Below, piece after piece: positions 56,200 through 64,000 of a DNA stretch of 64,000 nucleotides (its first letter is position 1; every line of letters starts with the position of its first letter). The DNA comes from Corallochytrium limacisporum Hawaii (taxonomy: Eukaryota > Protista > Pluriformea). The notes under the pieces were generated by a model. That model saw only the letters and a program-made list of their open reading frames with translations, made no database searches and was not told the DNA's origin. Location: positions 62,001-126,000 of the forward strand of contig PDIP01000020.1 of NCBI GenBank assembly GCA_002811645.1, read 5' to 3'. Made by a program: the position numbers and the translations under genes.

Positions 56200-57453
56200 A
56201 TGGCACCGACCAACAAACCAATTGTCATTGACAATGGTACCGGCTACACCAAGATGGGATATGCCGGCAATCCCAATCCGCAGTTCATCATGCCAACCGT
56301 GATCGGCATGAAGGAGTCTGCTTCAGTTGGCGATCAGGCACAGCGCCGTGTGGCGCGGGGTCTTGATGACCTAGACTTCCATATTGGAGACGAGGCTGTT
56401 GAGAATCAGAAGACCTATGGCTTGACATACCCTATTCGGGAGGGTATGGTGGCGGACTGGGATGCAATGGAGAAGCTGTGGGAACAATGTATTTTCAAGT
56501 ACCTCCGCTGCGAACCCGAGGACCACTACTTTATGCTCACTGAACCTCCGTTGAACACACCCGAGAATCGGGAGTACACGGCCGAGATTATGTTTGAAAG
56601 TTTCAACGTACCCGGTCTGTATATTGCCGTGCAGGCCGTCCTGGCCCTGGCAGCGTCATGGACCACCTCGCGGACAGAGAATCCGCTAACTGGATGTGTA
56701 TTGGATAGTGGTGATGGTGTTACCCACGTCATTCCTGTGGCTGATGGTTATGTTATCGGCTCTAGCATCAAGTCCATGCCTATTGCTGGGCGGAGAATCA
56801 CTCACTTTATTCAGGAGATGCTCCGCCAGCGCGAGCCCCAAATTCCCCCTGAGGAATCCATGGAAGTTGCCAAGACCATCAAGGAACGCTACTGCTACGT
56901 ATGCCCCGATATTGTGAAGGAGTACAAGAAGTATGATGGGGATCCTAGGTACTTCAAGGAACACACAGGTGTGCACTCTGTGACTCAGAAGAAGTACAAC
57001 GTCGATGTTGGCTACGAGCGCTTCCTCGGACCCGAGATTTTCTTCCACCCCGAGTTTGCCAATGCAGACTACAGCACGCCTGTACCGATGGTGGTTGATG
57101 AAGTCATCCAATCGTGCCCCATTGATGTCCGCCGTGCCCTGTACAAGAACATCGCTCTGTCCGGTGGTTCCACAATGTTCAAGGATTTCGGTAAACGTCT
57201 TGAGCGTGATATCAAGCGCACGGTGAAGGAGCGCATGGCTCTGTACGAGGATCTCAGTGGCGGAAAGCACAAGCCTGCGCCTATGGAGGTCAATGTCGTA
57301 TCTCACTCTAAGCAACGATATGCTGTATGGTACGGTGGGTCCGTTGTGGCTGACTTGCCTCAGTTCTACTCCGCCTGCCGCACCAAGAAGGAGTATGAGG
57401 AAGAGGGTCCGCGCATTCTCCGCCACAACCCGGTCTTCAGTATGATGCAGTAA
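56200..57453 (+). CDS. ARP3: Actin-related protein 3 (Arp2/3 complex)
   Basis: [74 protein letters not shown]. Confidence 0.97.
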   Translation: MAPTNKPIVIDNGTGYTKMGYAGNPNPQFIMPTVIGMKESASVGDQAQRRVARGLDDLDFHIGDEAVENQKTYGLTYPIREGMVADWDAMEKLWEQCIFKYLRCEPEDHYFMLTEPPLNTPENREYTAEIMFESFNVPGLYIAVQAVLALAASWTTSRTENPLTGCVLDSGDGVTHVIPVADGYVIGSSIKSMPIAGRRITHFIQEMLRQREPQIPPEESMEVAKTIKERYCYVCPDIVKEYKKYDGDPRYFKEHTGVHSVTQKKYNVDVGYERFLGPEIFFHPEFANADYSTPVPMVVDEVIQSCPIDVRRALYKNIALSGGSTMFKDFGKRLERDIKRTVKERMALYEDLSGGKHKPAPMEVNVVSHSKQRYAVWYGGSVVADLPQFYSACRTKKEYEEEGPRILRHNPVFSMMQ

Positions 57454-57948
57454 GTTAACCTTCTAGCATCTCCGAACACTGTGAGTACTTTTACAAGCGT
57501 CATCAAGAGAGTGGGAGTGGAGATGGCTGTATGCCCCATGTCCATCTCCAGCACAAATTAAAGCAATACAAACGACCATCTATATATGACGGTACTTATC
57601 GTGGTAGAAGAGTTTTTAAGGTTATGGCAATGGCGATCCTTCCTTGCATTGTAGAATCGAAGGTGAATAGGGATCGCCTACGCCGTCGTTGCTTGTGTCC
57701 TGAGAGACGACTGCGTTCCGCACTGCTGCCCCCAAATGTGATGATGGGATGATCTCAAAACTTTATGCAATCCGTGCAAACAGGTTATCTGATATTGCTC
57801 AGCTCTGTAGCTGGTGTTGGCGTCGCCTCGGACCGAGGGGGGCTTAAGAAAATCCTCCAGGGCAACCTAAACTGAGAAACTGAACCCCCTCTGCCCATCA
57901 GCTCCATTCACATCGCTGTTCGTTTTCTCTCCCATCTACGGGTCCGAA

Positions 57949-58039
<91 letters not shown>
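57949..58039 (+). repeat. (TC)n microsatellite, about 45 units, one TG interruption
   Basis: Directly visible. Confidence 0.97.
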
Positions 58040-58043
<4 letters not shown>

Positions 58044-58533
58044 CTGTGCGCCATCTGCCCGTAGCTCACCCACCCGCTCCGATTCTCCTGCTGCCATTTT
58101 TTCCAGGTTGCTCTGTTCATTTCAACACTATTCTCCCTTATGGCTTGCGACTGTCCCCCATCTCCTCTCCTCCCTGTGTGGAGTCTGTGGCTAATCGCTC
58201 CTACTCGCACTCCGCTCCCACCCACCCCCCTCCCCACCGTGTCTTCGGTGTCCCACTTCCTTGTGCAATGAACCGCGTGATAGGCTTCACTTCTTTTGAC
58301 GGATTGTGTCGCATTTGTTTTCATCGCCTGGTGATTTCTTGGTTTTGGCTTCATTTCCCTTCTCCCTCCCCCTTCCCCGCGGCCAAAGGTGTACCCGTCC
58401 AGGGAAATTGAGTACGCAAGGAAGACAAGAGAACACAAAAAGGATACCAGCGCCAGGCACAAGACACGTACTGCAGACGGAAGCCCCGAAATCTTCGGCA
58501 ATTTGCTTAATCCACCACACTTTCTGTCTCTAT

Positions 58534-58538
58534 CTCTG

Positions 58539-58623
<85 letters not shown>

Positions 58624-58720
58624 CTCCGGCTCCATCGCTGCCTATGGGCTCGATCGCTGGCTCTTGCTCTATCGCTGGCTCTGGCGCTATCGCTGGCTCT
58701 GGCTCTGGGCTCTATCTCTT
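58534..58720 (+). repeat. (CTCTGG)15 hexamer array followed by degenerate hexamers
   Basis: Perfect units 58534-58623, then variants (CTCCGG, CGCTGG, CTCTAT and others) to about 58720. Confidence 0.95.
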
Positions 58721-60029
58721 GGTGGTGGCTCGTTTAGCTCGCTCTCGATTCCTCTATCTCTCCCTGGCACTCCCCCCACGGGGCAGGGCGGGACGACCGT
58801 CCCCGACCCGACCGTTGATTCTTTTGCGTGTTTGCTTGACCTTTGCTGTATACTCTCGGGCTCGCTCGTTTTCCTTCCACTCTCTTCCTCTCAATTTGTT
58901 CCCTGGTGGGTTCGCGGCTTGCCTGGCTTACAACTTGCTGACCCAGCCCGACGAAGTGTCAACATATTCTGGCTGAGCAACACAAGAAAAGGGGGGGGTT
59001 AGAACGGGGACCCGGGACAGGGAGAGCGAGCGGATGGGTGGAGGAGAGAGGGGGAGAGGGGGAGGGGGGGAGGGGGAAGAAGGCAGAGCGAGGAGGAGAG
59101 AGTGACCGCGTTCTGTGGCAGTAGTCAAAAACTTTCTTATCGGCAATCTCGCGGACTCCCTCCTACTTTTCACATTATGGAGAAAATCAGGGAACGGATT
59201 CGGTAGTGGAGCAGTAGCGGGAAATGGGTGAAATGATCTTACCATGATCAAATAATAGATGAAGCTGGTCCGACGGATGGGGAGAACACAGGGCTCATCG
59301 AACAGTGTTGAAAAGGCCGCACCTTGATCCGCTCCAGAAACAGACTTTGGCCCGACAGATCCGACAAGAACAGGAACATTAAGTACGAAATCCGGTGAGG
59401 TGGGTTTCCCTCCTCGCGAGCGGAGACACAAAGTAGCCAAAAAAAAAAAAAAGGAAAAGAACTTGCGCCGCCCAAGGGGGTCGCTTCGCTTGCGTGCCTT
59501 GGTTCTGCTTGAAAACTTTTCGCACGGGCACTCTGGGCAAGGCGTGGCGGACAGGGCTGGTGGCGAGTAGTCAGTGAGTAACTCTTTTTCGTCGGAACCC
59601 ACAAGAAGGAAGGGATTCCATAGTTCTTTGTCTCTCCCGAGCGGGGCACGCATTGATCCCGCCGTCGGCGGGGGAGGGTGGGCATGAGTTTCTTCGAGGC
59701 AGCAAGAGCGAGTCTGTGTGCGTGTGCGTGCGCCATCTGTCCTGTGCGCCTTTTGGCACAGGTATCAGCACGCCGGCTACAACACTGGTGCACAACATAA
59801 GATGGTTGTTGTGTGTTGTTTCAAAAGCATCCTCTGTGTACACCTTTTCTTTCTCGGTGGGTCACCCACTTGGCTGCCGTTTAGGTATTTTTGGGGTGGC
59901 ATATATCTGCAAGTATCAACGCCTATCGATCACCAAAGAGACGTTCGCAAAAGAAAAAGGACTTGAAAGTTCTAATGCTCAGACATTAGAGCCTGGGTAA
60001 TTACCAACCTAAGGAACCATAGTATCAAT

Positions 60030-61481
60030 ATGGCCGGATCATTAGAGGTGCCGGAGCATGAGCACAATGACAGTTACCATTCCTATGTGCAAGACGATAA
60101 TACTGTGCAAAACTCAATAGGCTACGGAGACCATAGCTTTGCCAGTATCCCAGACCTTGCCCGGAAGCGCAAGTCTTCTAGTACTCGTACTGGTCGGTCC
60201 AGGCAAAGCAGCACTAGCCATGATATTGAGGCTGTAGAGACAACATCTCTACTGGGCAAGCCCAAGCGACAACCAGGTCATTCTAGTGTAGCTCAGGTGA
60301 CCTACAATGCATGTAACGTGCTCATGGGAGCGGGACTTCTCAGTGTGCCTTTTGCATTCAAAGGGGCCGGATGGATCGCCGGCATTGCGATTTTCCTTGT
60401 CATTTCTCTATTGACGAACATGACGGGGAAACTGCTGTACTGGTCCATGGTAAAGAACGAGCATGTCCAGGATTATCCAGGCTTGGGCCAGGTTGCATTC
60501 GGCAGTATGGGGTCGTACATCGTTGGGGGGGTATTCTTCTTTGACATTTTCTGTGCCAGCGTCATGTTCATTATTCTGATCGCAGACAGTTTGTATGCTC
60601 TATACGACGGACTGAGTCCACTGCAGTATGTACTCATTCAGATGGTTGTCCTGATCCCCATGACGTGGACAAAGCGCTTGAGTCTAATGGCGTATCTCAG
60701 TTTCCTCGGCCTGCTCAGCGTGGCAGCTCTGGCGGGAGGGTTGTTCATTAAGGCAGCTGAAGTTAATCTAGCCCACCACCCTGCCAATACCACTCTGGGC
60801 CCGCAGAGCTTTCAAGGCATCTTGGCTTGCTACGGTATGATTCTCATGCAGTACGGAGGTCACGCTATCATGCCCAGCTTGGCTGCTTCTCTTAAGGACT
60901 TTAACCACTTTCCACGGGTTCTGAATATCACCTACGCTTTCTGCGTTGCTATCGGGTTAAGTGTAGGTGTCATTGGCTTTGCGATCTACGGCCAGCACAC
61001 GGAGAAGGAAATCACTCTGAATCTTTTAGAAGACGACGAAAAAACGACTGGCACGGGTGTTACGGGCTACCTAGGACCTTTTGTGTTGCTCCTTGTAGTG
61101 GTGAACGCCGTCACCAAGTACCCGCTGCTGCTTAACGTTGCCAGTATGTACATTGATCAGATCGTCTGCCTCTGCCTACCTCCATCTTTCGATGAGGATG
61201 GCACCACTCAGAACCGGATCCTGCACGTCACAGTTCGCACCGTTGTCGGTGTTCTCACCTTTGGGACCGCTATCCTGATCCCATCCTTTGCAAAACTGAC
61301 TGCTTTCATTGGCGCCGGATTCCAAACCTTCCTGTGCTTGGTCTTTCCGGTATATGTCTACAAGGTCAGCTATCAGAAGGAAATGAGTCCATTCACGCGC
61401 TTTGTGATGGAAGCATGTGTGTTTATGAGCATTATCGCCGGTTGCTTCGGTGTCTACGGTGCCATGACACTGGAAGATTAG
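60030..61481 (+). CDS. AVT1-like vacuolar/lysosomal amino-acid transporter (Aa_trans/AAAP family)
   Basis: NACNVLMGAGLLSVPFAFKGAGW, DYPGLGQVAFG, YGGHAIMPSL and TKYPL motifs, multiple hydrophobic segments, N-terminal ETTSLL acidic di-leucine signal. Confidence 0.88.
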   Translation: MAGSLEVPEHEHNDSYHSYVQDDNTVQNSIGYGDHSFASIPDLARKRKSSSTRTGRSRQSSTSHDIEAVETTSLLGKPKRQPGHSSVAQVTYNACNVLMGAGLLSVPFAFKGAGWIAGIAIFLVISLLTNMTGKLLYWSMVKNEHVQDYPGLGQVAFGSMGSYIVGGVFFFDIFCASVMFIILIADSLYALYDGLSPLQYVLIQMVVLIPMTWTKRLSLMAYLSFLGLLSVAALAGGLFIKAAEVNLAHHPANTTLGPQSFQGILACYGMILMQYGGHAIMPSLAASLKDFNHFPRVLNITYAFCVAIGLSVGVIGFAIYGQHTEKEITLNLLEDDEKTTGTGVTGYLGPFVLLLVVVNAVTKYPLLLNVASMYIDQIVCLCLPPSFDEDGTTQNRILHVTVRTVVGVLTFGTAILIPSFAKLTAFIGAGFQTFLCLVFPVYVYKVSYQKEMSPFTRFVMEACVFMSIIAGCFGVYGAMTLED

Positions 61482-61687
61482 GGCAGTCTATTTAGCTTCA
61501 CAATCTGCCATCATTCATTCATCATCATTTTCATTTTTTGTCATCCATTAGCCCATGAAGCATCGTCACTAACATCTATAAAGGAAACTTCTCCAACTGT
61601 GTCCATTTTTCTTTGTGTCCATTCGGCTTACGAACGTGTAATATGATCTGTCTGGCGTTTGTACAAAGAGTCAAGTTGTTCAACGAC

Positions 61688-64000
61688 TTAGTCGTTTTTC
61701 TCGTGCTTGCCATTGATCCGCGCTGGTGAAGAGAGGCAGGGTACCTCCGAATCCTGACCAGAAGTCAACGCGTGCTCGCCCTCAGCATTGTCAGAATGGT
61801 CCCCAATGCGCGGCGATGCCATCAAAGACCCATCATTGTCCATGCTTGTGTCGATTAGAATGCCGTTGGTTGAGCAGGAATCGTCGAGGGAAGCTCCGTT
61901 TTCGGATTTCCCTTTGCTCTGTGTGTAGTCCATGTCCTCTTGCATGGCAGACATTATGTCCGTCTCCAGGGTAGAATCACGCTTTCGGGGGATCAACGGC
62001 ACGGCCTTCGAAGACTCGGAGACGCCGGCAAGAAAGCCAACAATGCTTTGCTGGTAGGAATTCTCTATAAATTCTTCGGCGGTCTTCGGTCCGTTCTTAT
62101 CGTCTTGGATGACATTGAAGGACAGTGTGGGTCCCATCCAGTAGTAACGAGGCTTCAGGGCCCGCGTTTGCGTCTCCAGCTGGCTAATGAGCTCAGAAGG
62201 ATTGCGACCATTCTGTGCCTGACGGTTCAAATACCTACCAGGCACCTCAGCATCACTGACAGGGACACCGACCGTGGGACTGTGTTCAGCTGTTGCGATA
62301 GCTCCATGTGTCGGAGACTGCGGACTTGGTTGCTTCGCACTGCCTTTCTTTTTCTTCTTCTTCTTCTTGCTCTTCGGTGAGGTGCTGCCCTCTGCATTGG
62401 TGTTAGGTACCCCAACGTCATCGGTGGATCCAATGCTGACATTGTCGTCGTCCATGGCCGTTTTCTTGCTCACGGCGTGTCCCATAAGATCGACCTTAGG
62501 TTGCTTCAAGAGATAGGTCCAATTCGTGGTAGCAGCAGGCACCCGAGAGCCCACGAAGTACTCCTTATCGTCGCTCTTTCTACACACGTCCCACAGTCGC
62601 CACGGCTGTGCTGTGATTGACAAAAACCCTTCGGAGAACAAGTTGCTCGAAGGGGCATCAATGGGTTCCAAACTCATCCTGTACATCGGTACAAGACCAC
62701 GAATACTTGCTGCATTCATGAGGTATAGCTCGTTGTTTTGATTCGGCATGCGAGTTAACCACACCGCTGCCGGGATGTAGTTCCACACACCACTCACATC
62801 CTGCTTACCCTTCGTGCTACTACCCTGGCGCTTGCTGGCCTCCTGCAACTGTTCCGCATTAAGGTTCAGGAACCTCACGCGGGCCTGTGGACCGACATCG
62901 GTGATCATGCTAGCCCGTGGTGCCTCAAGTCCCGCGCTGGCATGTGCATAATCGTTGCGATTGGTACGACCAAGTTCAGAGTGGGCAAAGGCATCAATCT
63001 GGCCTCCTTCCGGTTGGATACAATACATATGCGTTGTGCCCCTACTTGTGCTGACGGCTACATAGCGCAGGTCGGGACTAAATGAGATGCTTTGGACCTG
63101 AGCAGGAGTAACACCACGTTGTAGCTGGTACATGAGGCGAACATTGCAAGGCAGGGAATTGCAAGGCAGTGTTTGTTGTTCATCTGGTTCAATGCTGAAC
63201 ACATGGAAATGACGACCAGAGGCCGACGTCGTGAACAACAACCGGCCAGACGGGTCAAATTCAAGAGCGCCCACACCCTTACGATGCGCCTGGAACCGAG
63301 CAATCATTTCTCCACTAGCAGTATCCAATATGGCCACAATGCCAGTCTTAGCGGCACTGCCTTCCGTGTCCTCCAGATCACTCTCCATGGACGCATCGAC
63401 TGAACTCTTGGAATCGTTTCCGCCAGACTTCGTCCCGTCATCCTGCTTGCTACCGCGCCTCATGTAATACTGTGCTTGCTTGATACCAAGATCTGAGAAG
63501 TGTAAGACAGTAGAGGAGATACCACGAGCAGCTTTGGCCGCCATTCCAGTCAGCTGCTGGGCACTGATGCTACCTCTACCGGGTTTCCAGTTATTGTCAC
63601 TCAAGCGGTCACTATCGCTACGTTCCCTCTCAACATCCGACGAGAAGGCAGCGGCACCACCCTCATCCTGCGGCATATCTCTGGTTTCGTAGGCAACCCA
63701 GCGCCTTCCAACGGCAAAAGCGCGAATGCCACTGCAGCGAGCGCGACCATTCGCAACTGGCTGAAAATCAGTGTGGAACGGGGCGCACAGGTTGACGCAC
63801 CGCATAGTATGCTCGACGGCACTGTCAAGGATAGGGAGGCCAACAATGTCGTCAATCTTCCATATGACCTGCAGATCAAACGGATGCATGGCAATCAACT
63901 CATTCCGCGATGTCATAACCATGACTGCCCGACAGTTGCTGCCAATATGGAGCACGACGCCTGCGTCTACCTCCACTTCCTTCAAGTCCACTGCCGCAGT
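61688..64000 (-). CDS. BCAS3: BCAS3/ATG18f-h-like WD40 autophagy-associated protein, 5'-truncated by the window
   Basis: FQAHRKGVGALEFDPSGRLLFT, LQRGVTPAQVQSISFSPDLRYVAVSTSRGTTH and BCAS3-domain-like ISQLETQT...WMGPTLSF. Frame is open to the window end. Confidence 0.88.
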   Translation of the reverse strand, partial: TAAVDLKEVEVDAGVVLHIGSNCRAVMVMTSRNELIAMHPFDLQVIWKIDDIVGLPILDSAVEHTMRCVNLCAPFHTDFQPVANGRARCSGIRAFAVGRRWVAYETRDMPQDEGGAAAFSSDVERERSDSDRLSDNNWKPGRGSISAQQLTGMAAKAARGISSTVLHFSDLGIKQAQYYMRRGSKQDDGTKSGGNDSKSSVDASMESDLEDTEGSAAKTGIVAILDTASGEMIARFQAHRKGVGALEFDPSGRLLFTTSASGRHFHVFSIEPDEQQTLPCNSLPCNVRLMYQLQRGVTPAQVQSISFSPDLRYVAVSTSRGTTHMYCIQPEGGQIDAFAHSELGRTNRNDYAHASAGLEAPRASMITDVGPQARVRFLNLNAEQLQEASKRQGSSTKGKQDVSGVWNYIPAAVWLTRMPNQNNELYLMNAASIRGLVPMYRMSLEPIDAPSSNLFSEGFLSITAQPWRLWDVCRKSDDKEYFVGSRVPAATTNWTYLLKQPKVDLMGHAVSKKTAMDDDNVSIGSTDDVGVPNTNAEGSTSPKSKKKKKKKKGSAKQPSPQSPTHGAIATAEHSPTVGVPVSDAEVPGRYLNRQAQNGRNPSELISQLETQTRALKPRYYWMGPTLSFNVIQDDKNGPKTAEEFIENSYQQSIVGFLAGVSESSKAVPLIPRKRDSTLETDIMSAMQEDMDYTQSKGKSENGASLDDSCSTNGILIDTSMDNDGSLMASPRIGDHSDNAEGEHALTSGQDSEVPCLSSPARINGKHEKND

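Noticed and set aside
51678-57426. Long antisense ORFs over TOP1 and ARP3 (also over sepH, ME1 and TPP1)
   Set aside because: Shadow ORFs produced by codon bias of the real gene on the opposite strand.
57908-59002. ORFs with RERERE, LWLWLW or LALALA repeats
   Set aside because: Translations of microsatellites, with non-ATG starts and no flanking domain.
1-64000. tRNA, rRNA or CRISPR arrays
   Set aside because: No cloverleaf with T-loop/D-loop consensus, rRNA signature or repeat-spacer array was seen on manual reading.

Overview
Eukaryotic genomic window with compact, apparently intron-less coding sequences. The gene content points to a unicellular opisthokont; an intron-poor holozoan such as Corallochytrium fits, but that is inference only. 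Recognisable intact genes: TPP1/sedolisin, CCDC57, a Cdc7/SepH/Cdc15-type SIN kinase, TMA16, a Spp2/GPKOW G-patch protein, malic enzyme, FAF2/UBXD8, TOP1, MED18, ARP3, an AVT1-like amino-acid transporter and a partial BCAS3. There is also one partial hypothetical gene and an atypical zinc-finger gene. Most notable observations: (1) a 68-aa stand-alone microprotein consisting essentially of the ribosome-binding segment shared by PDCD4 and SERBP1/Stm1, with no MA3 domains; (2) a CFAP69 flagellar gene caught in decay, its 5' part replaced by an inverted 149-bp copy of CCDC57, plus a second stop-interrupted pseudogene; (3) a gene desert of about 21 kb (27.8-48.7 kb) that appears to consist of heavily decayed coding DNA; (4) recurrent palindromic poly-C/poly-G tracts in non-coding DNA; (5) candidate 5'UTR-only introns. 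Two N gaps are present. No tRNA, rRNA, CRISPR array or recognisable transposase/RT was seen. All family assignments come from recalled motifs; no database search was run.
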